From the human T2T-CHM13v2.0 reference genome, Homo sapiens: a stretch of 64,000 nucleotides of DNA. Under the pieces are notes generated by a model. That model was given only the letters and a program-made list of their open reading frames with translations, did no database searches and was not told the origin of the DNA. Shown here piece after piece: positions 1-14,431 of this stretch. The position numbers and the translations under genes were made by a program. Each line of letters starts with the position of its first letter. Position 1 is the first letter of the stretch. The stretch lies in NCBI RefSeq assembly GCF_009914755.1, contig NC_060939.1, one strand, 5' to 3'.

Positions 1-1084
1 CACTTTTGCAGGGTCTTACTCAACCCCTGACAGGAATGGCCTTGTATGCCAGCACCTGTAGTCCTGCCCTGTGCAAGGGGCCTGCAGTTTAGGGAGGCTT
101 GGGAGCAACAACTCCCACACAGGGCTGGGCTCCCCACATTGGTTTTTTTTTTTTTTTGTTCATTGGCTGTAAGTTCCTTTTCTGAGATGAAGCCTTCTTC
201 CCTTTTTTCAAAGAGAGCTTGGTAAGGGAAAGCTAAAGGGATTGGTAGCCCTGTTCAACTTGCAACCACATGGAACCACATGTACATGTTCCTGGAGGCC
301 TCTCCCCTCTGTCCCTGTGTGTCCCTGGTTTCTCTTCTGTCTCCCATCTGGGAGTCTCATGGCTGGCTGATCTGATCCTGGGTTCAACTTTTATAGATGT
401 TGTTTCTCCATTGGCTAAAAGAAAGGTATGTCGCCTGGGGTGCTCTTTCTGCCCCCTTTTGCCTCCAGGTTCCAGGAGTAATCCTGCTCTACACTGGGGT
501 TTCCAGATCATCCTACATTACTGGAAAGGAGGCCTTGGAAAGAAAAGGGCCAAAGAGAGGCCTGGCAGAGGATGATATTTACCTCAAGGGGTAGGGACTC
601 TCTCTGTTTATTCTTTATATATGGGTCAAATATAGTTCTGGAAATAATATCTCCAGATCAGCATCCCAGGTCATTGACCTTAGAAGAAAATTTTTAAACA
701 GTTACTAAAGGTAATTAATTGAGAGGTGAGAAATGGAAAAAATGCAGCAATTGCCAGGACATTAGGGGCCAACTGGTGCCACTTTTCTCATGGTTCCCAT
801 GGCTCTTCGCATTGGAAATAACTGCCTAAAGATAGCTGTCCTTCAGGCACTTGCAGCTAGTGAGAATAGGGCTTGCTGACAGCCCCAGGATGATGACAGC
901 ATGTGAAGAATAGTGGGGTGAGCACACGCCCAGAGGTTGCTTCCTGAACACAAAGGAAGAAGAGGAGATGGACTCAGTTTCAAAGCTGAAAAGGGTGGGA
1001 AGTAAAAACAATTCAGGCAGGAGTTACAATTCTGAAAGCCACAGAATTTGAGATGCAAATGATTTCAAGTGGAGCTCTCTATAC

Positions 1085-1278
1085 TGGGTCAGCAAACTTT
1101 ACTGTGTCTAAAAATCACCAAGGAGCTTTTTAACTATTCGGGGTCCCAAGCCCCACCTCCAGAAATTTGGAGCTGGTAGATTTGGGGTAGGACCCAGGAT
1201 TCTGCATTTTTAATAGGGCCATTCCCCATCCCTGGGACCTCTGATGCAGGTGTTTCACAGTTTTGAGATCCTCTGCCC
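1085..1278. mobile_element. MER5A-like hAT-Charlie DNA transposon remnant
   Basis: aaaatcacc...gagcttttt...ccccacctccaga...ggggtaggacccaggattctgcattttta pattern. Confidence 0.6.
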
Positions 1279-1659
1279 TATGTAATGCCTGAATTCCTTC
1301 TATGGCACCCCCAGCACATGGCTATTGACTCTGCATCCTCAATGGGGCTGCAGGATGATGAGGGAGTGGCCAGACTCTGGCAGCCAGGTTGTCCTTAACA
1401 TTTTGCAGAACCCACTTCCCCACAGAGGCCACCCCTGTTAAGAGGCTGATGAGGCTTCATCTCAAGAGAATGTTGAGGTGGGGGACATAGATGGAGCTTG
1501 AGGCTCAATCTAGGATGCGGTTCGGCAAAATGAGTCAGTCATGCATATAAATGGGATTTGCTTGATCTGAATCTAAGACCATAGAGCAGTTACAATATTG
1601 AGAAATTCTTATTTGTGATATTTTGGGGAGAAAATCAACTTTTATGTTGCTAATAAGGT

Positions 1660-2668
1660 CTCATGGGGGTAGAGAGGTGATTGATAAGGTATTGGGCTTC
1701 TTTCTGAGATAATGAAAATGTTCAAAAGTTGCCTGTGGTTAGGGTTGCACATATTAATGAATACTCATACACTGACAGGGATTCATTCTGAGAAATGCGT
1801 CATTAGGTGATTTGATTGTTGTGCAAACATCATAGAGTGTACTTACAAAAACCTAGATGGTGTAGCTTACCACACACCTAGGATATATGGTAGAGCCTAT
1901 TGCTCCTAGGCTACAAACTTGTACTGCATGTTACTGAACTGAATACTGTAGGCGACTGTAACACAATGGTAAGTATTTATGTATCTAAAATACCTAAACA
2001 TAGAAAAGGTACAGTAAAAATACAGTAGAAAACATAAAAAGTGGTACACCTGTATGGGGCACTTAACCATGAATGGAGCTTGCAGGACTGGAAGTTTCCC
2101 TGAGTGAGTCAGTGAGTGAGTGTTGAGTGAATTTGAAGGCCTAGGACATTATTGCACACCTCTATAAACTATAAACAATGTACGTTTAGGCTACACTAAA
2201 TTTATAAAAAATATTTTTCCTTCAATAAAATTAACCTTAGCTTACTGAAACTATAAACTTTTAAATTTTTAAAAAATATTGACTCTTGTGTAACAACACT
2301 TAGCTTAACACACACATTGTATAGCTACACAAAATGTTTTCTTCCTTTATGTCCTTATTCTACAAACTTTTTCTATTTTTAAAATTTTTACTTTTTAAAC
2401 TTTCTTGTTAATAAACTAAGAAACAAACACACACATTAACCTAGGCCTACAAAGGGTCAGGATCATGAAGACATCACCAAGTGACAGGAATTTTTCAGCT
2501 CCATTATAATCCTATGGGATGACTGTTGTCTATGGGGTCAGTTATTGACCAAAACGTCCTTATGTAGCGCATAACACATCACAATTCAAAAAACCATTGA
2601 ATTGTACTCTCAAACTGGTGCATTTTATGTTATGTGAACTATATCTTTATAAAGCTATTTCTAAAAAA
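1660..2668 (+). mobile_element. Old L1M (L1MB-like) 3' end split by a Tigger3 insertion
   Basis: gataatgaaaatgttc...ggttgcaca (1660-1763) resumes as aaaaccattgaattgtac...ttttatgttatgtgaactatatct (2588-2668). Confidence 0.65.
1764..2575. mobile_element. Tigger3b/MER7-family (Golem) non-autonomous DNA transposon
   Basis: ttctgagaaatgcgtcattagg...acctagatgg...ctccattataat...ttgaccaaaacgtc; similar along its length to the copy at 33739. Confidence 0.85.
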
Positions 2669-3184
2669 GGACTGAGAATTCCATAAAATGTTTCATTTGT
2701 TGGTGGAATGGCTTCATTAATATATTTTAAAATAATTCTCATAGCATCCTATGATATTTGACTCAAATCAATATTGACTTATTCATGACTTTGCTTATAC
2801 CCTGTTCTCTGTCCAGAGACCTATTACTGGAGTCTGACACAATTTTGATCTGTAATGCATGTCTCAGTAGAGGGTTGAGCCTAACATTGAACCCCAGCGG
2901 GCTCCTGCTGAGTTGGCTAATTGGCTGACTCCCTGGGCCAACAGTGTGTAGTTCTCTGGTGTTTATGGAGTCTTGATTTTACTTTTCATTTTTCTGGCTT
3001 AAAGCTTTTCCCCTTTGAAATCCATCAACTAAGATCTTCATTCAAAAGTTCTGAAGAGGATCATTGAGGAGTCATTTTTCAATTCGGAGGCTATTGCTCT
3101 GTTGAATAATGAATAGGTTTTCCTTCTAAGAGACCTACAGTGCAGAAATGCCCAGAGCTTCTCTTCTATGCTGCTTGGAAGAAC

Positions 3185-3335
3185 TATGGAACTGGAAGGA
3201 TTCTTAAAGACCTTGTACAACTCCCTGCTTTTGCAGTTGAGGAAACTGAGGCTTGGAGAGGTGAAGCATAAGGAAATCCCTGGCTAGTGGGCAAGCTAAG
3301 ACGAATCCTCCTGACCCATGGCTGGCTCCATGTTC
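3185..3335. mobile_element. MIR SINE fragment
   Basis: Core ttttgcagttgaggaaactgaggcttggagaggtgaag. Confidence 0.6.
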
Positions 3336-4291
3336 TACATTTTCTGTTGTCTGTGAAAGCTGAAAAGACAGCAAACCCCAAAATATCCATCTCCCTCATC
3401 TCCCCCAACCCAAAGCCAACAATCTATTTCTAAAATCAAGTTGTCACTATTTCTGAAACACAAAGTAGGGGAAGCCCCATCCCATGGCTGAGAGGAAATG
3501 TGACGCTCTTACAGGGAAGCCAGCTGCTGGGAGAAGTGGAAAGAGCCCAAGTCCCTCCTCGGGGACCAGCCCACAAGCTCTTCCTTTACCAGTGACAGAG
3601 CCTGAGAAAGTGTTTCTCTCCCTAACATAACCTAATTGCCACTTCCCCACTAGCCTCCGGCACTCACTCTGTGCCAAGCTCTGGCTCCTGCCCAGCTGCT
3701 CCTTGAGCTGGGAGCCAAACCCCAGACTCCCTTGTCTCAGGAACTGGTCCAGAATGGCCTTAGTAGTCAGCTAAGAAGAGCTCTATATGAAGGCCTGGGA
3801 GGGCTGGCTGCCCAGACTCTGGCTGCCTGGGTGGGCTGCCAGGACCCCTCCTCTGTATAGACCTGCCCCAGCTCAGCAAAGGAAGGACATGTAAGGAAAA
3901 GGCAAGGCTACCAGTGGAACTGCAGTGCTGTTGGGGGTGGGTGTGAGTCTTTGCACCAGCTGACCTCTCCTTTTTCTGGGGCTGGAAGGAATTTGATGTC
4001 ACCAGTATCTTAGAGCCACATGCCTCATTCTTCAGGAACAACCTCTTGGGATCCTGGAGGCATACAAGGTCTCCTGAGGCCTTGGACTTGTGTCTGCATG
4101 CCAGCAGATGAGGCTGGAACTGTGACAGAGTGTGAGCACGTGCAGGTGACCTCTTCAAATGCTTCTCCCTTGTTCCTTTCCTTGGGAGTCACACTGCCTG
4201 ATTTGTCCAGTGGTGGACACTCTTGAGCCTTTGAGGTTTAGTATTAGGATTGCCAGCATAGGTTGGTCAATTTTTAATTTGATTTCTATGT

Positions 4292-4722
4292 TGATATGGT
4301 TTGAATGTGTGTCCCCTCTAAATCTTAAGTTGAAATGTAATCCCTGGTGTTGGAGGCGGGGCCTGGTGTAACGTGTTTGGGTCAATGGGAATGGATCCTC
4401 CATGAATGTCTTGGTGCTGTCCTCCCAGTAATGAGTGAGTTCTTGCTCTGAATTCATGTGAGATCTGGTTGTTGAAAAGACAGGTTGTTAAAAGAGAGCA
4501 TCTCCTCTCTTGCTCCTTTGCTCCCTCTCTTGCCATGTGACATGCCTGCTCCCACTTCACTTTCTGCCATGAGTAAAAGCTCCCTGAGTGCTCACCAGGA
4601 TCACATGCTGGCACCATGCTTCCTGTACAGCCTGCATAACCATGAGACAAAATAAACCTTCTGTCTTTATAAATTACACAGCCTCAGGTATTTCTTTATG
4701 GCAATGCAAGCAGACTAACACA
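4292..4722 (+). mobile_element. MaLR solo LTR (MST family)
   Basis: tgatatggtttg...gactaacaca with TG/CA ends, internal AATAAA and a perfect 5-bp TSD TATGT (4287-4291, 4723-4727). Confidence 0.9.
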
Positions 4723-5640
4723 TATGTGGTAGCTTCTTTTGGCCAGGTTTCAAAGGGCAGGCAGAACATGTGGCAGCTGACCTGCACATAGAATGCAGAC
4801 CTATGTGTGCTTCAGACACATGGCTCACCTCTCAACCTTCAAGCCCCCACAAATAAGTCACTGTTTAGGGGAGGGTGACATTCATTCTCTGCAAGCCTCC
4901 ACATTCGTATGTCGTAGCAATGTTTTTCTAAATTGAGTACTCACAGACCCTGCAAGTTCCCCCTGCAGACCTCTAGGTGATGTCAGACCTTAAACACATG
5001 AAGTTAAATTCTTTTCTTTCACCTGCCGTGCTCAGTCAGCATGAGTGATGTTGTAAACACAAACTCAGAAACTCAGACTGAAGCCAGATGGCACCACATG
5101 GCTATAAGGTCATTCCCAAATGATGTGGAACATACTTATGTTGATTTTAATTTTTTTAAAAAGTTGTCAGAATGAAACAAAAACTTAAAAACTTATTTTG
5201 GAACTCATGGACTCCACCTACCCCTTCTCCCCACCTTGCCCTCAGGACTTTCAGAGATTCATAGATGCTATTTTGAGGAATAGTGTTGTAGAAGATTCTC
5301 TCTCCCCTTCCCCTACCCTTGCCAACAAGCAAGACCTCCCTCTAAAGAAAGAGCATGAGCTGGCCCCAGCTTGGGCTGTGGCTCATGTAGCAGGGTCAGA
5401 TTAAACAAGCAAAATCCAGTTGACCATTCAACTCCCAGTTGGGAGGGCCTTGGCAACCCTCTTCTCGAAGGCCATCTGATTCATAACTTTATTGTCAACA
5501 TTCTGGTCCATTGTTGGATAGCTCCTGTTAGTGCAATGTTTTCACAGCTAAAGTTGAATTTTCACTGATTGGTTTTGGTCTTGACCTCTGGGATCATGTT
5601 GAATTAAAAAAAGAGAAAAGTCCTAAAAATATTGGGGCAA

Positions 5641-5953
<313 letters not shown>

Positions 5954-8256
5954 AGATATTGGGACAGAGGGCACATAGGCCTGATTTGAGCTCTTTTCTT
6001 TTTTAAAATATAAATGGATGCAATAAGTTCATTGGAGCAGCCAATGAATGTACTGATTTGATTCTATAAAATGTACAGATGGGAGAGATGAGAGTTTGAA
6101 GAAGCACAGATGGAGAAGTCTTTTCATTTTGTCACTGAGCAGAGACCTGGAGTTACTGAGGGTGTCAAGACCCACAGATGCAAACACAGAGAAGAGTGGT
6201 ACAGACACATGGCAGGTGGCAGCTGGCAGGGAATGTGTTTCTGCAGGGCTCAGATATATGAGGAAGGACACGCACAAAAGGGCTTGATGAGGATTTCAGC
6301 ACAAGTCCCTGGTGTCCTCCTGTGGGGACAGAGCTGAGTGTTCAGGGATGGTTGAAGACCCAGTGATGTTTCCAGATGACTGATGCAAGCTGCTCCTGCC
6401 ACTCCTCAGCCTTAAAGAATGTCACACCCCTACCTGGTTTGCTGAATCAGGCATTGCTGTCTGAAGTCTGTGTGGGGCTAGATCAATTGAGCCATCTTGT
6501 ACCATTGCTTCTTTTGAAATTACTTTCCCATCACTTTGCAAAATGATATGTTTGTTATTGGGGACCTAAAAATGTAGCTATTCTAACTCTGCTTTTGTGG
6601 GTTCTCATATTGAGAGTTTTGTACAGAGCTCTGAGCACAAATTCACATCTAGAGTCCTGCTTTCCAAAGCATCTGCTGGCCTCTGTCACATTTTTTTCAG
6701 CCAAAACAGCCTTTCAGGGCCACCAGGTGATGTGGTTAGAGTACTTAGGATAAACCAATAGGACTGTATAATGAGAAGCTAGCTTTGGTCACTAGACTGT
6801 TATGTAAAATATTTGAAATTTGTAGGCCTTTCAGCTGCTTGATGAAATTCAAGAATCACTTGATTTAGATGCAAATCGTATGTTTGAAATGTGCACATGG
6901 GATTGGTTTTGGCTTTGTATTTTTAGAGGAGTTCTTGTGCCCAGGTAGCCCAGATCCCCACTGGTTGCTGCTGCTAAATCTGGGGGTCTTAGGTAGACAG
7001 CCCACTGGCTCCCTCAGCGGAGAGCCTAAGGTAACAGAAAATGTTTTGGTCCACACTCTGCCATTGCACTTGGTGAGATTCACTGGTGGAGGTGCTGATC
7101 CTTCCTTGACCAAAGCAGAAAGGACCCAGTTTCCTTAGAGACTTGTGGGCTGTCAGAACCCAACTCAGCCTTCTTCCTACACCATTGTTGTGCTGTGGCC
7201 TGCAGAGCCAGGAGAGAACCCAACACCTTCTTTAGCTGAGGATCCTGCTTTCTTCCCCACTGTATCTCACACGGACAGAAGACAAGTTCACTCATTCCTC
7301 TTGGGTCCGAGTTCTCTGTAATGGTCCACTTAATGAACAGTGAACCTACTTCTAGAACCATCTTTTGAACAAGAAAACAGTCTTTTGTCAGATAAATACA
7401 TCAAGGCAAACCTTGAAGACAGCATGAGAAAATCCAGCACTGCTGGACTGGTGCCTTGCAGGCAGGTGGGAAGGAAGGGGAGCCAACTGCCTGTAGTTCC
7501 CACCAGCAGTGCCAAATGACCAGCCATCTCCCCAGCCCAGGTGTGCACAGGGCATCATTGTTCAGCCCTTGGGTTTGAGTAGAGGGCTAGGCCATGTTTG
7601 TCCAATATGGAGAACAGGGGTTGGCCTTACTCCTCCATATTCCATACTGAATAGCCTTCCTATGAACTAATTCTGGCTGCGTGGCTGAAGAACGTAACTA
7701 GATGGTTTGCTATGATGTTGACATGAGAGCCAGCTGAGGCTGAATGGCCAGCGAGGCTCAGTGGACATTGTTTCACACCTCCCCACAAACCATCTCTTGA
7801 TGCTCCTGCTGGAGATAGACTGTGGGGTGGGATGAACCATAGGGCTGTGCTAGTATGGTATTTTTATATTATCATTAGAAGAGAAGCAGAGGAGGATGGA
7901 AGGAAAGGCAAGAGGAGCAAGTCTCTTAATGTGGCACAGTGTTGAAAGGAAGTACATTGTTGCTGACGTTGGTTAAGACTATGATGAAAAGATGTCAGAA
8001 GCTGCACTGTGAAAGCAAGGCTGTGACATTTGGAGAAGGTGGTTTGTGTCTGTGGACTAGCTCCCCACTGACCATCTCACAGATCCACCCACTTGTGCTC
8101 CCCTGAATCTACCTCCTCTTGGGGTTCGAGTGCAGAACTCTTGCTCTTCATTTTCTTCTTCTTTTCAATCCTGTTATTCTTAACACTGTATTTAACTCCA
8201 AGGAATTTTATTTTGAATCACAACTCTAAGATCTCTTGTTTGGAGGGCAGTTTCAA

Positions 8257-8262
8257 TTTATT
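8257..8262 (-). terminator. Polyadenylation signal AATAAA (second copy at 8207-8212)
   Basis: tttatt on the + strand, about 1.26 kb past the stop codon. Confidence 0.7.
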
Positions 8263-8535
8263 AATGAACCAGAGAAAACAGCACAAAATGACTGAAAAGC
8301 CAAGAAAGATGGGTAGGGGTTCATTCTGCCTGATTCTCCCGTGCATATGGAATAAAGCCTCCCTGAGCTCCATGCCCCTTAGATAAGGGAAGGCTGGTCC
8401 TGCAGAGGGAGCACAGTGCTTCTCTGTTTCTATATTGTGGATGGAAAACTCTCTCTCCCCACCCCCCCATGGAAAGTTTCCCTCTGCAGGATCATCAACC
8501 TGAACATCTAAGACCTCAAAAACACCTCTTTTTAA

Positions 8536-8847
<312 letters not shown>

Positions 8848-9518
8848 AAAAAGACGACTCTTGAAACACATTTTTCCAATTTGCAGCTATACTTTTTCAC
8901 ACCTTTGGATTTCACTTTGTCTGAAGCAGTGCATTTAGAGAGAGATTGCAAACCCAGTCCATTAGATTCTATTGTTCTTTTCTCCTATGCTGCTTAATAG
9001 TCTACATCCAGGTTTATCCCCTCACACTCAGAAGACAAAATATTAAGACTTTAAATTAGAGATTCCAAAAGTATGAACATACATCATCTCATCTGGTCCT
9101 CACAACAGCCCTGTGAGGCAGGCAGGCAGGCATCATGGTTCCAGAATGCAGAGGACAGAGTCCTAACTGGTTAAGCTGGAAACCAAATCCATGTCCTCTG
9201 TCTCCTGGTTTAGTGCTCCTCCCACTCCATGAGATGAACAGCACTCACTGTAATGAACAAAACAGCCTTTCTGCTTAGAATAGATGAAATGTCCTTTGGG
9301 CTTGCACACAGGTGATTTTAAGTAGAAACCTTGCTAGAAAGCTTGGAAGAAAAACACACCTGAGCTCAGTTCAGCATCAGAATCAGCATCAGAGGGATGA
9401 ACAGGAAAGAACATGGACATCTTTGACAAGGGTTTCTGCTTATGTTCTTGATTCTCACCCAGATCATGGTTGAGTGCTGTAACTTTAAAGCAGCAAAGTC
9501 CAGTAGGAGGGAAGGCAT

Positions 9519-10081
9519 TTAAAGGACTTTCTCATCTAGCAACTTATTGATTCCTTCACAAATCCTCTTGAGGTTGGGCCTACAGTCTCCATCCAGACTA
9601 TAGAGGGTGGAGAGGAACTCCACATCGGCAAAGTGGTTAAAGACGTGGTTGATGCGCCCGTGGGTCCTGGGCGTCAGGTGCCGCTGCACCAGTTCATGCA
9701 CCAGGTCCTTGCACTCATGCAGGAGATTGGAGAGCACGTTCCTATCGAAGGTGTATTCCACCTCATAGAAGCTGACAATGGTCATGGCGGTCTGGTTCAG
9801 CTTCTTCCGGAACTTCTCCACAATAACCAGCTCCTCTTGGCTAAACTGGTTGTTCCGGTAGAGGATCCCGATTTTGATCGCCACCTTGATTAAGTCTTTC
9901 ATGATCTTGTGGGCTTCCTTCTTGTTGTGTGTGTGCTCTTTGGTGACTTTGTAGAGCTCATCAAAGATCTCGCTGCTGGTGTCATCAATCAACATGTTGG
10001 CCACAGTTTTGCTGGCTATTTTGCTCAGAATCTTCTTCTGGGCTTGAAGCGCAAGACTCTTTGAACTAAAAACATCAGGAC
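9519..10081 (-). CDS. TNFAIP8L3: TNFAIP8L3/TIPE3 last coding exon (TIPE2-homology domain, lipid-transfer protein)
   Basis: Translates (G)[43 protein letters not shown]...[10 protein letters not shown], a TNFAIP8-family sequence. Acceptor ttttttaccatag at 10082-10083, phase 1; stop TAA at 9519-9521; 563 nt. Confidence 0.98.
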
Positions 10082-12490
10082 CTATGGTAAAAAAAAATAT
10101 ATAAAAGTTTTAGAAATATAAGAACTGTCTGTTACTTTTCCACAAGTAAAACACACTAACTTGAACTTATGTTCTTAGAGCAAAAACTCATGTCTTTATA
10201 TTCCCTCGCTCCCTAACTAAACCCCACCCCAGCCTGGTTCCCCCACTTTCCTCTCCACATGATATGCTTTGTTTACCCTTTTTAATCCTCTAAACTGTGC
10301 TTATGCTCCTTCCTCTGCTGGAGGTCATCTCCTCTTATCCAGGCCAAATCTTACCTTTTTAAACCTACTTCATTCATAAAGCCTTCCTGATTCTACTAGC
10401 TCACAGAGAACACTCTACCACTGCTGTCACGCTGGAAACCATTCAGCTTTGCAAACTATACAGGAGCAAATTATTGCTTAATGGCACGAATGTAGCCCCA
10501 TTGTCAACCCCATTCCCAGGGCAGACATGGATAGTTGATCATGACAGTCATTTTGACTGAGTCTCAGAACCCACATATCATTGGGTCTAAGAGGTATTCT
10601 TTTGCTTTTGAAATATTGAAAATTGGATGGGTCTTTCAGTTACTGTTGCCAGGTAGCTGTTGTGCTGTGGTTGTTATTACCTGTGTGCACATCAATTTAC
10701 ACAAAAGTTGTCAGAGATTTGGGAGAAAGTCAAGAGAAATTTTTGTAAGAAATGTTGCCTCCTGAATACTCTTGATGGCATAGAGAGTTGTACTGTGGGA
10801 ACACAGACATCAGTAACTCCAAATCAAAGATGCTAGAGATGAGTAGTACTCTGAAGGTGAAGCAGCTTAGGAAAACCAGACCCAATTTATTTTGCTGTTA
10901 TTTTCTACTTTATGAATGAATGAGAGCAATATATGTTTAAAAAAATCCACAATATTATATGCAAAGAAGTCTAAAAAGCCTCTTTCAATAAGTATAAATA
11001 AAAATTCTAACTAATAAGAAAGAAATGGTTCATAATTTATAGCGTATTTTTTTCTTAAGAACACATAAAATGGCATCTTACAATTGATGGTGTTTTGATT
11101 TGATGAAATACTCTACAAGGCCACCAATTAGCTGGAGCTGACATCTGAAATGAAACCCACTGGCTATCCTCACTCTACAGTATGTATGTATATTGTTCTT
11201 ATCTTCCCAAGGAGATTCAAATTGCCCAAGGACAGAGGCAATGTCTCCCACAGCACCTAGCTCGTTCTGAGCATAGGGAATGGTGCTGTTGAGTAAAATA
11301 CAAGAGAAATGCAGAAGAATAAGAAAGTAGTAAAATACAGTGTACACCAAACTGATACTAAGAAAAACCAATATTCCTTTTGAGAATTGAGGGTCCTGGA
11401 GAATCCCAAGAGCTTTTGTCCAGTGCTTTGTGTCCACACAGGAGTGACTGGATAGGCAGAGCAGACAGAGCGACGGCCACATGCCCTGGCTTCTGTTGTC
11501 CTTGTCTGGTCCCTCCCTCTCTGCTCCTTCTGGGTCAGCAGAACTAAAGCAGCGAGCACCAGGGGCCTTCCACAGTCCCAGCAAGCTCTCTTCCAAAGTC
11601 TGAGACCATAGAATCTTTAAGCAACTTCACACCCAAGTGACCCTGACATGGCCAGGCTTTTCCCTTCTGCCTCAGTGCTAAGAGGAATAAACACTCATTG
11701 TGCAGAACATAAAAGGAATGAACAATCTCTCCTGACTCTTCTTTACTATGAGAAAGCTCTGACTTCCTGACTGATGCTATTCCAGAGTTTGAGGCAAATG
11801 ATATTCCTGCCCAGTCTCATCATCTACCATGATCACTAGAGCTTTGTGTGAATAGCTTTTGTTCTCTGCAAAATCAAAGTTGTTCTCCAAAAGCAAATAT
11901 TTACAAGCACTAAGCATATTCAGAAGATTGCACTGTATGCTTTGAAGTCAATTCCACAGATGAAGCTTAAAGACTTTTGAGTAATCGTCCTGTCACTGAA
12001 ATAAGTATATGCCTCCTCAGGTGACTATTCTAATAGGAATAGTGGAATGTAGATGGATCCATTCTAGAATATAAAAAAATGAGTCATGGCTTTGTAGTCA
12101 CAGCTTCTAAAAACTGCCCAAGAATAAGTCTTTAGACTCTCTAGAAATGCAGCCAACATGCATTTACACAGAAGCAGCAGGTCAACTACATATGCATCCA
12201 GTGGCAGGTTGGTGCCTGAGGGCAGGGACTTGTGTCTAAGCCTGATTACCCCCAATGCCTGGCACACTGGCCACACACAGCAGGTGTCGGCTGAGCGAAG
12301 GGAGTGCTGGTTCTGTGTCAGGCGCTGTTTAACCCTTTGGGCTGGGTTAAGTGGGCATTTTCCCGAGGCTTTCCTGCTGGCCTGATTCCATACCCTGCTG
12401 TTTGTACTGCCAGCATTTCCTCTATTCTGCTCTGGACCAGTTGTCAGAGCTCACATATCCCCATAAGATTTATTTTAAAAATAATTAATT

Positions 12491-12780
12491 GGCTGGGTGC
12501 TGTGGCTCATGCCTGTAATCCCAGCATTTTGGGAGGCTGAGGCGGGTGGATCAGTTGAGGTCAGGAGTTTGAGACCACCCTGGCCAACATGGCTAAACCC
12601 CATCTCTATTAAAAATACAAAAATTAGCCAGGCATGATGGCATGCATCTGTAGGCCCAGCTACTTGGGAGTCTGAAACACGAGAATTGCTTGAACTGGGG
12701 AGGCAGAGGTTGCAGTGAGCTGAGATCGTGCCACTGCACTCTGGCCTGATCAAAAGAGCAAGACTGTCTCAAAAAAATAA
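12491..12780 (+). mobile_element. AluS
   Basis: Full dimer; TSD aataattaatt on both sides. Confidence 0.93.
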
Positions 12781-12804
12781 TAATTAATTCAATTTATCAA
12801 CATT

Positions 12805-12939
12805 TATTTTATTTTGTTTTTTGAGATGGGGGTCTCACTATGGTGGCCTCAAAGCTGGCCTTGAACTCCAGGGCTCAAGCAATCCTCCTGTCTCAGCCCC
12901 AAGTAGCTGGGACTACAGGAATGTACACTGTGCCCAGCC
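12805..12939 (-). mobile_element. FLAM / left Alu monomer
   Basis: ~135-bp monomer, tail-to-tail with the preceding Alu. Confidence 0.8.
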
Positions 12940-12959
12940 CATATAAGAAATTTTAAAAA

Positions 12960-13500
12960 CTGTGTACCTCCTTGAATATTTTAAAACTTGTCAGCAAGTA
13001 TTTTGCATGTTAAGATTAAATAGTTAGGAAAGATATAATTTCTAGATAATGTAAATAGTGACATTTTCAAATTAGCCTGTTAAATCATTCTTTTAAATGT
13101 GTCCAATGTAACGTAAGTACCGTTGTTATATAATACCCATTATTGTACACTTTAAAAATGACATGAACAAGGTCTTCTTTAAAAATTGGAAATGTTACAT
13201 TTTTTTCTCCTTGAAATTGTATCTCTATTCTACTTCACCCACAGCACTTTAACTTCATGTATGTGCTTTGCTTGAAAATATTTATCAATCCATCATAATT
13301 CTCTACAACCAAAGGATGCATATGAATTTAAATTTAAATGAAGAGAAGATTCCAGGGACCATAAATCTCTAGGCAAAAATTAAAAATTTTCCTTTGGAGC
13401 GAGTTATCATTTTAATTATTTTAGGTATAATATAAAATATCAAAATTTTGATAACTACTTACTAAACATAAGAAATGAAGTTTTATTGGAAATGCACCTC
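12960..13500. mobile_element. Possible hAT-Charlie DNA transposon fragment
   Basis: AT-rich; ttttaaatgtgtccaatg...acatgaacaaggtcttcttta resembles recalled Charlie sequence. Confidence 0.35.
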
Positions 13501-13638
13501 TAAATAAGAGGGGCAGGGGTGAGGTATGGTGTCTTACCAAAAGAATCATCATTGGCAATGTGAATTTCACATCAACTCTTTGTTTGCCAGGAGGTTTTGT
13601 ACCCCCAGGGCAAAATGTCCAATTAAAATTTTTTTCTT

Positions 13639-14038
<400 letters not shown>

Positions 14039-14431
14039 ACAGTGGAAGAAAGGGAGATCCACCATGCCTTGACCTTAGGTTTCTTCTTAGGTAGATGAGT
14101 TTGTATATTAGTATGTACAAAGAATACGTATTGAAGTTGTCAAGAGGAATTTGGATCTATAACTGAGTTCCCTCAAAACTCTGTACATGTTGTGGAATGT
14201 CTCTGGACTCTTGCAGTCTGCCCATCTACCATTCTGAATCCTACTTTTCTGCAAGAGCAGCAGCCTTCCATGAAATATTAAGTGTTCCTTGGGATGAAAA
14301 GAAGAATTTCTTGATTACATAAATTTAAAAAACACTGATTAAGCAAAATGAAATAGCTTATTTTCTGTGAGATTTTAAAAATATTTATTTAATACATTAA
14401 GGTGTTCTATCAATTCCCAGAGAGAAGTGGG

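Noticed and set aside
9519-10004. ORF-track 161-aa protein starting MANML
   Set aside because: The start is an internal GTG (Val). The frame continues to the splice acceptor at 10081, so this is part of an exon, not a standalone gene.
11078-11596. 172-aa minus-strand ORF
   Set aside because: TTG start, intronic, no family resemblance.
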